Origin: Deltaproteobacteria bacterium
GTDB taxonomy: Bacteria; Desulfobacterota; Desulfarculia; Adiutricales; JAGVGV01
Direction: 5' to 3'
Assembly (NCBI GenBank): GCA_020056895.1
Contig: JAGVGV010000387.1
Coordinates: forward strand, 1 to 24,000
DNA: 24,000 bases
Shown: piece after piece, positions 7,821 through 14,792 of the stretch
Layout of the letters: every line of letters begins with the position of its first letter
How positions within the stretch are numbered: the stretch's first letter is position 1
Position numbers and translations under genes: made by a program
Notes under the pieces: generated by a model
What the model was told of the DNA's origin: nothing
The model's database searches: none
Seen by the model: the letters and a program-made list of their open reading frames with translations, nothing else

Positions 7821-8729
7821 CTAATCCTCCTTTTCCTCTCGTTCCTTCTTGATCCGTTCAAAGTCGAAAACCGCTTTCTTGGCCGTGGCCGAGTCAATAT
7901 CGGCCTGGGCCTTCACCGACCGCTTTTCCTCCTTTTTGATCTGGGCCTCGGCCGACGCCCGGTCGGCCTGGGCCTTTTCCTTCTTGACGATGAATTCCTT
8001 GAGCTGCTCCTGCAGGTCGAAGTCCTGGAACTGGCTGCCGTGGGGATTGAAAATGGCCGACGTGATATAGGTTTGGAGGGTGGGCGGCAGTTCGGCGATA
8101 TCGATCGCTTCCAGGGCTTTCTTGATGAATTCGGCCCGGGCGTCGATTTCCCGGGTCGCGGTCTCGATCCGCTCGGTACCGGCCTGCTCGCCCTCGATCC
8201 GCGCCCGCGCCAATTGGTTTTCCCGCTCGACCGCCGCCCGGAGCTGTTCGATCTGGGCCATCTTGAGCTGGTTTTCCAGTTCCATGGCCTTGAGCCGCAG
8301 GGCTCGTTCCACGGCCGCGTCGTCCAGAGCCGCCAGCTCCACCTGGTGCCGCTTTTCCGCCATTTCGGACAAACGCCGGCCCTCGGCATCGACGAAATTC
8401 TCCTGCTCCCGGTACCGCTGAATGATCCGGGCCATCCGCTCCTGGGTCAGATAGACCTCGGCATTGAGGTTCAGGAGCGCGGAATTCATATCCCGAAGGT
8501 CCTCGATCTGCGCCAAGAGCGCCCGCATATGCTCTTCATCCAGAATGGCCTTCTCGTTCCCGCGCTTTTTCAGGAAAATCCAGCCCGGCCGCTTGGCGGC
8601 CAAGGTGCTTTTGAGCTGCCGGCCCAGCTCCACCAAATTAACCGTGGTAATGTCGAACACCGGCAAATCCGGCGGCGTCTCCCCGCTCTTCGCCGGCCAA
8701 TTGTTTTCGTGCGAATCGTCCATACTCAT
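7821..8729 (-). CDS. Coiled-coil protein (302 aa), unknown function
   Basis: I place the start at MSMDDSHE (ATG 8729), preceded by an AGGAGG SD and overlapping the upstream stop (ATGA at 8726-8729). It has long E/R/A/Q/K-rich, heptad-like stretches. Confidence 0.65.
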   Translation of the reverse strand: MSMDDSHENNWPAKSGETPPDLPVFDITTVNLVELGRQLKSTLAAKRPGWIFLKKRGNEKAILDEEHMRALLAQIEDLRDMNSALLNLNAEVYLTQERMARIIQRYREQENFVDAEGRRLSEMAEKRHQVELAALDDAAVERALRLKAMELENQLKMAQIEQLRAAVERENQLARARIEGEQAGTERIETATREIDARAEFIKKALEAIDIAELPPTLQTYITSAIFNPHGSQFQDFDLQEQLKEFIVKKEKAQADRASAEAQIKKEEKRSVKAQADIDSATAKKAVFDFERIKKEREEKED

Positions 8730-9445
8730 AATTCCTCCTGAAACGTCCAGCCCGGCCAGTTTTCCTTGAACGCGCCTATGCACCAAACGGAAAAACCAAA
8801 CTCCTCCGGCGGACACAATTCCAGCCGTAAAACCTTGGCCCAATGCCGCCAGAATTCGTCATAGGTTCGGGTATCCCGGGCCACGGTTTCGTACTTCCTC
8901 CGTTTTTGAAGCAGGTATTCTTTCCAGGCCGGTTTCTGCCGTTCGACTTCCAGAAAAACCAGCTTGGCCAAATGCTCTTTCCGCCAAACCACGGCGGCGT
9001 CCGGAATCAGGAATGCTTGCGCCTGTCCCGGCCGCTCGTAAAATTCCGGATAAAACACGGCGTAAAAATCCGGTTTTTTCATGATTTTGATGAGCGCGTC
9101 GGTATTATATTCGGCGTCCCGTTCGCCCGTTCCGGACGGCAATTTGATCCGCTGAACGTCGTACTCGCCCGGATATTCGGGTTCGGCGTATTGGGCCAAA
9201 AACTTCACGCTTTTGGCCGTGGCTTTGATCATTCCGGTCGGACTTATTTCCAGGTAACCCAGGTCGGCCAGCGCCTTGAGCTGCTTGAGGGTCGCGCATT
9301 TCCGCCGCCAGATTTCATCCTTAAAACCGGCCGCTAATTGCTTCGGAGTGACGTACCTGAGGGTGGCGATCGTCCAAAAGAGGTCGTAATAATTCTTCCA
9401 AGTCCTGGCCGGTCCGCCTTTGACCGGACTCAATTCCGCGCGCAT
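8726..9445 (-). CDS. Replication-relaxation (Replic_Relax)-like protein: N-terminal wHTH plus PD..E.E-type C-terminal region
   Basis: I place the start at MRAELSPV (ATG 9445). The longer N-terminus in the ORF track (SYG repeats) is just a translation of the CGTAAGAA DNA repeats. The wHTH-like segment is VTPKQLAAGF..LKQLKALADLGYLE. The core FLIPDAAVVW..LVFLEVERQKP resembles NPDGFFAL..YFFLEADTGSE of the clearer paralog at 13804-14778. Confidence 0.6.
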   Translation of the reverse strand: MRAELSPVKGGPARTWKNYYDLFWTIATLRYVTPKQLAAGFKDEIWRRKCATLKQLKALADLGYLEISPTGMIKATAKSVKFLAQYAEPEYPGEYDVQRIKLPSGTGERDAEYNTDALIKIMKKPDFYAVFYPEFYERPGQAQAFLIPDAAVVWRKEHLAKLVFLEVERQKPAWKEYLLQKRRKYETVARDTRTYDEFWRHWAKVLRLELCPPEEFGFSVWCIGAFKENWPGWTFQEEL

Positions 9446-9458
9446 GGCCCCGCCCACC

Positions 9459-9592
9459 CCGTAAGAATCGCCGCGAAACCCGTAAGAAAGGCCGTAAGAA
9501 AGTCGCCCGCGCCCGTAAGAATCGAGGCTCAATCTTACGGGCCGACCGCCGAAATTGTCAATCGTTATTTGAGGTTGCCGATTTTCTTACGG
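9459..9592. repeat. Array of six 8-9-bp sites CCGTAAGAA (four direct, two inverted) around the operon promoter
   Basis: Direct copies lie at 9459-9467, 9480-9488, 9492-9500 and 9513-9521 (spacing 21/12/21 bp). Inverted copies are TCTTACGG at 9533-9540 and TTCTTACGG at 9584-9592. Confidence 0.7.
9532..9561 (-). promoter_or_regulatory. Candidate sigma70 promoter of the five-gene operon
   Basis: The minus strand reads TTGACA (9561-9556), an 18-nt spacer, then TAAGAT (9537-9532). The -10 overlaps one repeat copy, and four further copies lie in the transcribed leader. Confidence 0.45.
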
Positions 9593-9903
9593 GGCTTTGT
9601 AAACCCCGCCAACCCCTCCTCTTCACCTTCCGGATTAAATCCCTTCTTCCCTGACCCTTCCCGCTCACGCGCCCTCGGGGCGCGGCCGCTTGCCGGCCTG
9701 CCTCCTTCCTTGGCTCCCGCCGCTCCTCCTCACCTCCTGGTGTTCTCCACGCCGCCTAAAAGGCGCATATCAACTCACGCCCTTCCTTCGGGGCGCCCGA
9801 GCACGCCGCCGGCGCACCCTTCGAAGATTTCCCGGGCGCAACTTTGTCCCCCCGTTTCAAACCGGGCATTTTTAAGGTGGTTTACCCGGCAAATACTTTT
9901 TTT

Positions 9904-9992
9904 AATATTCGTAAAGAGAAGTAAGTAAAAGTTGCCTGTCCGTCTTCGACCGGCCGAATACTTCTCTTTACGCATATTCAAAAGAAGTATTC
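9904..9992. repeat. Nested inverted repeats in an ORF-free region (oriT candidate)
   Basis: AATATTCGTAAAGAGAAGTA (9904-9923) pairs with TACTTCTCTTTACGCATATT (9959-9978) at 19 of 20 positions. GAATACTTCT (9956-9965) pairs with AGAAGTATTC (9983-9992). Confidence 0.6.
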
Positions 9993-10239
9993 AGGCCACA
10001 GCGTGCTAACCTGGTCTACACATCTAAAGCTTGCGAGCTATTACACTCCTTTCGCCGATGTATCACTGGCCCCAGTGATGTATCAAGAACGGAGCAATAT
10101 TCACTATGGCGTTGAAATTTCAAGCGGAGAAAATTGTAGTCTTGACTTTTTTCTTTCCGTTTATCCTCCTAGAAAAAAGTCATAGTCTCAATTTTTGGAG
10201 CGCGGAAACTTTCAAGAGTCCTTTATAAAAAGTCCGCAC

Positions 10240-10280
10240 AAAAAAAGGCCCCCTCTCCGCTTTCACGGTGAAGAGGCCCT
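10240..10280 (-). terminator. Probable rho-independent terminator after the 129-aa ORF
   Basis: The minus-strand RNA has a 9-bp stem GGCCUCUUC/GAGGGGGCC (two G-U pairs) followed by a run of 7 T. Confidence 0.45.
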
Positions 10281-10298
10281 TTCATTTTCCTGATCCAT

Positions 10299-10688
10299 TT
10301 ACTTCGCTTTCATGACGGCTGCGTCGTGTTCTTCTTTTAGCCCGTTATACTTCTTGAATCGGTCAAAGCGGTAGATGCTGACATAGCCGCTCATCGCCGT
10401 ATCCAACCGTCTGAATTCGTCTTTGATGTAGTTCGTATCCAGCTTCAAACTGCTTACTTCCTGCTCGGTCATATCAACTTTAACGATTATTCTTTCCAGC
10501 CGGCTGTCAATTCTGCTCATGTGATTATCCATTCTTTTGTCCAGCCGCTCGACTTCACTTTTCATTACGACCGCCAGTTCGTCAATCGCGTTATTCAAGC
10601 TACTTTCCACCCGGGCCGCTTCACTTTTAATCAAGGCAGCCAAATCATCAAGTGTAATTGGCTTTTGTTCTTTGTTGTTTTGAGTCAT
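10299..10688 (-). CDS. Small coiled-coil protein (129 aa), unknown function, low-GC
   Basis: An uninterrupted ORF with heptad-like E/K/R/L/D-rich sequence, followed by a terminator. No family motif recognised. Confidence 0.55.
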   Translation of the reverse strand: MTQNNKEQKPITLDDLAALIKSEAARVESSLNNAIDELAVVMKSEVERLDKRMDNHMSRIDSRLERIIVKVDMTEQEVSSLKLDTNYIKDEFRRLDTAMSGYVSIYRFDRFKKYNGLKEEHDAAVMKAK

Positions 10689-10748
10689 ATTATTATCGTT
10701 TAGTGAATAAAACTTCTACCTTCAGGATAGGAAAAATAACGGGCTTTG

Positions 10749-11240
10749 TCAATTCACCCGTTTTTCCTCATTGCCGTCTAGGTATGTTATCGCGGGTTTG
10801 CAGGAAAGATAGGATCCATCCGGCGCGACGATCACATGATCGGTCAGCTGAATGCCCAGAAGCTTGCCAGCGTCCGCGATCCGCCGAGTCAGCTCCAGAT
10901 CGGCCTCGGACGGCTCGACATCCCCGGACGGATGGTTATGCGCCAGGATGATGCTCGCCGCGTTCCGAAGAATCGCCGCCTTGAACACCTCGCGCGGGTG
11001 CACCAGGCAGGCGCTCAGGGTCCCGACCGCGACCAATTGCTGCCCCACCACCCGGTTTCTGGCGTCCAAGAGCAGACAGACCATGTTTTCCCGATCCGAA
11101 TCGGCGAAGGCTTTCATCCGGCAAGCCACGTCCTGGGCGCACGTCACGTTCTCGTACCGGGCCTCCGAGTCCTTGACCAGCTCCAGCCGGTAGACCGGCA
11201 CCCGGAGCGTTCGGTTTGTTTTCTTCATAGAGGTTTTCAT
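10749..11240 (-). CDS. radC: RadC-like JAB/MPN domain protein
   Basis: The JAMM motif ILAHNHPSGDVEPSEADLELT and the RadC-like core VVGQQLVAVGTLSACLVHPREVFKAAI are present. Confidence 0.9.
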   Translation of the reverse strand: MKTSMKKTNRTLRVPVYRLELVKDSEARYENVTCAQDVACRMKAFADSDRENMVCLLLDARNRVVGQQLVAVGTLSACLVHPREVFKAAILRNAASIILAHNHPSGDVEPSEADLELTRRIADAGKLLGIQLTDHVIVAPDGSYLSCKPAITYLDGNEEKRVN

Positions 11241-11244
11241 AGGG

Positions 11245-11430
11245 CTACCGCCTCGAGATCGAAACGATGCTCCACTCGGGCTGAGTGTGCGCCACGAATG
11301 AATGCAGGCAGTCCTCGGCTCGACCTTTTATATCCCGGGACCCCTCGCCTTCTTCGGCATAAGTCAGGACCAGCTCCTTGACCTTCGCGCCGTTTTCCAG
11401 CCGGATTCGATACTCTTGGTTGTTCGTCAT
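11245..11430 (-). CDS. Hypothetical 61-aa protein upstream of radC (orf61)
   Basis: The ATG is at 11430 and the stop lies 4 nt before the radC ATG. The composition is non-repetitive and protein-like, but the SD is weak. Confidence 0.4.
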   Translation of the reverse strand: MTNNQEYRIRLENGAKVKELVLTYAEEGEGSRDIKGRAEDCLHSFVAHTQPEWSIVSISRR

Positions 11431-11466
11431 ATGATTTTCGTTGACGGCTGTTGTTTAAATACCGGT

Positions 11467-11703
11467 GGCCAGGCCGTCTTACCGTCCGCCTGATTCCCCT
11501 GATGCGGCAGGGAGCCCAGGTTCGGTCAAGGTGTGGGTAACCGGCGGAGCGGAAGTCAGCCCGCCTTTACGGGTTCTTCGGCCTAAAGCCAAGGTTCAGT
11601 CAAGGCGGAATAGATGACTGGAGCGGAGCCGGTTATCCATCGCCTTGACGGGTTCTGGGCCGCCGCTACAATGGAAGAAGGCGGACGGTAAGACGGCCCC
11701 CGC
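11467..11703 (+). promoter_or_regulatory. Hairpin element copy 2 with TTGACG-N16-TACAAT in the 3' arm; candidate ssDNA promoter for orf61-radC and/or duplex promoter for the primase gene
   Basis: The outer stem is a perfect 19 bp (11472-11490 with 11680-11698). GTCAAGG (11525-11531) pairs with CCTTGAC (11643-11649). TAACCGG/CCGGTTA closes a ~95-nt insertion within the 111-nt apical domain. The -35 is at 11645-11650 and the -10 at 11667-11672. Blocks are conserved with copy 1 (CAGGGAGCCCA, GGTGTGGG, TCCATCGCCTTGACGG, CGCTACA). Confidence 0.55.
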
Positions 11704-11780
11704 CCACCCGGCCGGTACTCCCGAATTTGACTAAATATTCAATTTATTCAAGTATTTATATATAACCGAAAGGAGATGCT

Positions 11781-12782
11781 ATGACGACCAAAAACCACCC
11801 CGTCGATTTCAGGGACATAAAAAGCCGGGTCACCATGGAAATGGTGCTCCGGCGTTATGGTGTTTTCGACCGCCTGAAAGACCGGGGCGACAATCACACC
11901 GGCGTTTGCCCGATCCACGGCTCCGGCTCCAACCCGAACCAGTTTTCGGTCAGCCTGAAGAAAAACGTCTGGAACTGTTTCGGCGACTGCAAGGCTGGCG
12001 GCAATGTTTTGGATTTCGTGGCCAAGAAGGAAGGAGTCTCGATCCGGAAGGCGGCCCTCTTGCTCCAGGACTGGTTCGGATCATCAGCTTCGAGGTCAGC
12101 GCCGGCTTCCGACCCGGAACCGGCCAAACCGGCTCAAGCAAGACCGGCTAAAGAAGAAAGGCCGGTCTCGAACCCGCCCCTGAAATTCACCCTGAAAAAC
12201 CTGGCCGCCGACCATCCCTGGCTGGCCGAACGCGGTATTGACGCGGCCACGGCCGAGCATTTCGGCATCGGCTTTTTCGCCGGCCGGGGCATCCTTTCCG
12301 GCCGGATCGCGATTCCGATCTATAACCAGCGGGGCGACCTGGTCGCCTACGCCGGCCGCGCCGTAAACGAGGAACAAGCCAAGGCCGAAGGCAAGTACAA
12401 GCTTCCGGCCGGCTTCAACAAGTCCCTCGAAATCTACAACGGCCACCGCCTCGCGCCCGGCTTGTCGCTCGTCATCCTGGTCGAGTCCTTCCTTTCGGTC
12501 TGGGCGCTCCACCAGGCCGGCTTTCCGGCCGTGGCGGCGCTTATGGGATCAAGCCTTTCCGAGGCTCAGGCCGAGACCATCGCCGGGCTTCTGGGGCCGG
12601 CCGGACGCCTGCTCCTTCTTCTGGACGCGGACCCGGCCGGTCAGGCCTGCGCGGCCGACTGCCTGGCGCGCCTTGGCCATAAGGCCTGGGTGCGCGCCCT
12701 CGATCTCCGCCCTTACGGCCCCAAGCCGCACCAGCTCGCTCCGGATCAACTCCACGCCGTGATCGAAAACGCTTGCCAATAA
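11781..12782 (+). CDS. DNA primase, CHC2 zinc finger plus Toprim domain (DnaG/TraC-like)
   Basis: The zinc finger is CPIHGSGSNPNQFSVSLKKNVWNCFGDCKAGGNVLDFV. Toprim features are the LVESFLSVWALHQAG glutamate and LLLLDADPAG (DxD). An AAGGAG SD lies upstream. Confidence 0.85.
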   Translation: MTTKNHPVDFRDIKSRVTMEMVLRRYGVFDRLKDRGDNHTGVCPIHGSGSNPNQFSVSLKKNVWNCFGDCKAGGNVLDFVAKKEGVSIRKAALLLQDWFGSSASRSAPASDPEPAKPAQARPAKEERPVSNPPLKFTLKNLAADHPWLAERGIDAATAEHFGIGFFAGRGILSGRIAIPIYNQRGDLVAYAGRAVNEEQAKAEGKYKLPAGFNKSLEIYNGHRLAPGLSLVILVESFLSVWALHQAGFPAVAALMGSSLSEAQAETIAGLLGPAGRLLLLLDADPAGQACAADCLARLGHKAWVRALDLRPYGPKPHQLAPDQLHAVIENACQ

Positions 12783-12786
12783 CCCC

Positions 12787-12818
12787 GTTTCATGCAACTT
12801 TTTAGCGTTGCTTGAAAC
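12787..12818. promoter_or_regulatory. Operator pair GTTTCATGCAAC / GTTGCTTGAAAC between the primase and RHH genes
   Basis: Two 12-mers of the GTTKC-NN-GMAAC family at 12787-12798 and 12807-12818, 20 nt upstream of the RHH gene ATG. Confidence 0.5.
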
Positions 12819-12837
12819 ACCCGAAAGGAGTCATCCC

Positions 12838-13341
12838 ATGGGCATGACGGCCACCGAACGCTCGCGTCTGTGGCGCGCCAAACACGGCCAAAAAGGCGGC
12901 CGGCAATTGTCGGTCTGGATCGATGGCGACACCGCCCGCCGGCTGGATGAACTGGCCGCCGAATCGAGCGGCGCCCTATCCGACCTGATCGGCCAGGCCA
13001 TCGCCTTGCTCCACGAAAAAAATTTGAGCATCCCGCAACCACCCGTCATCCAGCCCAAGCTGGCCTTCGAAACCCCGGCCGAACCCAGCCTCCCGCCGAC
13101 ACCGCCGGAGCCAATCCCCCACCAGCTCCTTCAAAACATCCGAGCCAAGCTCGACCAGGGCGAAAATATCGCCGCCCTGCGGCCCCTCCTGGCCGCCGCC
13201 GCGACCAAACTGGCCGCGACGGGCTTGAGCGGGCGGAAAATCGCCGCGCTCTTCAACGAGGCCGGCCTGCCCACCTTTTCCGGGGCCGGCGGATGGGGCA
13301 AATCCACCGTGCTGCGCCTGTTGCAAGGAACAAGCGGGTAG
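12838..13341 (+). CDS. Ribbon-helix-helix (CopG/Arc-like) DNA-binding protein with a C-terminal HTH-like segment
   Basis: I place the start at ATG 12838 (AAGGAG SD 7 nt upstream) rather than at 12808 as in the track. The RHH-like segment is RQLSVWIDGDTARRLDELAAESSGALSDLIGQAIALL. The C-terminal RKIAALFNEAGLPTFSGAGGWGKSTVLRLL resembles the recombinase-type HTH. Confidence 0.62.
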   Translation: MGMTATERSRLWRAKHGQKGGRQLSVWIDGDTARRLDELAAESSGALSDLIGQAIALLHEKNLSIPQPPVIQPKLAFETPAEPSLPPTPPEPIPHQLLQNIRAKLDQGENIAALRPLLAAAATKLAATGLSGRKIAALFNEAGLPTFSGAGGWGKSTVLRLLQGTSG

Positions 13342-13351
13342 CGGCGTTTTT

Positions 13352-13430
13352 GTTTCTTGCAACACTCCTCGTTGTTGCTTGAAACATCCCCGCTCCGTTG
13401 CACGCAACAGGTGTGTCCGTTTCCTGCAAC
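13352..13430. promoter_or_regulatory. Phased array of four 12-bp operator sites (22-23-bp register)
   Basis: The sites are GTTTCTTGCAAC 13352-13363, GTTGCTTGAAAC 13374-13385, GTTGCACGCAAC 13397-13408 and GTTTCCTGCAAC 13419-13430. A degenerate copy, GTTGCAAGGAAC, lies at 13320-13331. Confidence 0.55.
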
Positions 13431-13474
13431 GGCCCGCCGGTTTTCTTTTCGCCCGTTCATGCCGGTCATCGGCT

Positions 13475-13518
13475 AAAATAAAAGGACGCCCTTTCCAGGC
13501 GTCCTTTTTCATTTTTTT
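13475..13518. terminator. Bidirectional rho-independent terminator
   Basis: An 8-bp perfect stem AGGACGCC (13483-13490) / GGCGTCCT (13498-13505), flanked by an A-run upstream and a T-run downstream, sits between convergent genes. Confidence 0.65.
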
Positions 13519-13548
13519 CAGGATATGTGAAGCAGGGATTGATTTGAC

Positions 13549-13783
13549 GATATCCGGTTAAAACCTTGATGCGGAGCGTCCTCCTGTTTCGGCTCAGCTA
13601 AGCCGCCCTGGCGGGTATAGCCAGGGGGCCCTCGCGGGCTCCTTATTGCCTGCCGGCAAATACCCTCGGCGCCGCTACCGCCATAAATAAGCGTCCGCCA
13701 AAGCGCGGCCTTGCCTGTGCCGCTGGCGGACGATTGCCATTAATCGTGGTTATGCGGTAAGAGCCCGGCTCCAACCGGATATC
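13549..13783. other. Structured GC-rich element, a diverged relative of the hairpin elements (copy 3) lacking the promoter boxes
   Basis: The closing stem is a perfect 11 bp: GATATCCGGTT (13549-13559) / AACCGGATATC (13773-13783). Internal perfect hairpins are CCCTGGC/GCCAGGG, GCCC/GGGC, TTGCC/GGCAA and CGTCCGCC/GGCGGACG. It shares the words TGATGCGG, GCCGCTAC and GGCGGACG..GGTAAGA with copy 2. Confidence 0.35.
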
Positions 13784-13803
13784 CACACCATTATAGCACA
13801 TCG

Positions 13804-14778
13804 TCAATCAAGAATACTTAAAGCCTTGTCGTCCCGGCCGTTTCGCCAGAAATCGCCCAGGATCGCCGCGCCGTTCCTGGGATCGATCCGGGACTCGGGC
13901 GCGAAATAGAAGAGCCGGGTGCCTTTGCCCCGTTCGTCCACTTCCTTGTTGGCCTTGACCAGGTTGGCCACCCGCCCCGGCAAACGGGTCACGGTCAGGA
14001 CCCGGAAACCGTCCAGCCCCAGCGCTTTCCTGGCCGCGCCGTCCCGGGCCGTGGCCCAATACCCGAGCATTTTCTTGAAATAGGCGCTCCGCCGGAAATC
14101 CGCGTGGCTGAAGATCGGCTCGCTGCCGGTGTCCGCTTCGAGGAAAAAGTAGTCCCGCCGCTTGCCCGGCCATTTGCCCGGGTCATAGTCCAAGGCGAAG
14201 AATCCGTCCGGGTTCAGGGCCATGGTCAGGTCCTGGTTGTTGCGCCGGATCGTCACCGGCCATTTGATCCGGGTCTGGTGTCGGCGGCAGCGGGCCACGG
14301 CTTCCCCCGACAGGCTGGCCAGGAGTTCGGGCTCTTCCACCAGACGCACCCCGCCGATTTTGGCCAGGCCCGTTCGCAAGGCCACGAAAAAACCGGCGAC
14401 CATGAGCTGGTGGCTGACGAAATTATCCTTGGCGGCCCGGTTGTTCCGCGCCCAGTCGATCCGCCGGCGGACGGCCAGGCCCCGTTCCACCAGGCAGGCG
14501 TACCCGGCTTGGCCGAGAAAATAAACCAGCGGCCGGGAACCGCCGCCCGGCACGAATTCCTTGAACTGGCCCGGCCAGCGGTCGAGGTACCCGGCGTTGA
14601 ACAGGAGCATGAGCCGACGGCGCAGATTGGTGGGGCTGCCGCCCAGAAGGGCCAGGATGTGGTCGGAGTTCAGGGCGCGGTAGGAAAGGACTTCGCGCAT
14701 GATCCGGAGATCGCGGTCAGTGAGTTGGAACGGCCCGACGGCCGTGCGGGTGGCCAGGGGCCGGGATTTTTTGGGCAT
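13804..14778 (-). CDS. Replication-relaxation family (Replic_Relax) protein
   Basis: The family pattern is present: LTDRDLRIMREVLSYRALNSDHILALL..RRRLMLLFNAGYLDR (wHTH), SHQLMVAGFFVAL, and NPDGFFALDY..YFFLEADTGSEP. Confidence 0.8.
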   Translation of the reverse strand: MPKKSRPLATRTAVGPFQLTDRDLRIMREVLSYRALNSDHILALLGGSPTNLRRRLMLLFNAGYLDRWPGQFKEFVPGGGSRPLVYFLGQAGYACLVERGLAVRRRIDWARNNRAAKDNFVSHQLMVAGFFVALRTGLAKIGGVRLVEEPELLASLSGEAVARCRRHQTRIKWPVTIRRNNQDLTMALNPDGFFALDYDPGKWPGKRRDYFFLEADTGSEPIFSHADFRRSAYFKKMLGYWATARDGAARKALGLDGFRVLTVTRLPGRVANLVKANKEVDERGKGTRLFYFAPESRIDPRNGAAILGDFWRNGRDDKALSILD

Positions 14779-14792
14779 AGGGGGATGATGCC

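Noticed and set aside
9446-9532. N-terminal extension of the Replic_Relax-like ORF (MSLDSYGRGRLSYGLSYGFRGDSYG..)
   Set aside because: The SYG periodicity is simply the translation of the CCGTAAGAA DNA repeats. The internal ATG at 9445 gives a normal wHTH N-terminus and leaves the repeats in the promoter/leader.
9338-9928. 196-aa + strand ORF across the oriT-candidate region
   Set aside because: It is a P/S/A/R low-complexity translation of a pyrimidine-rich tract. It overlaps the operator repeats and the start of the minus-strand operon, and it has no SD or motif.
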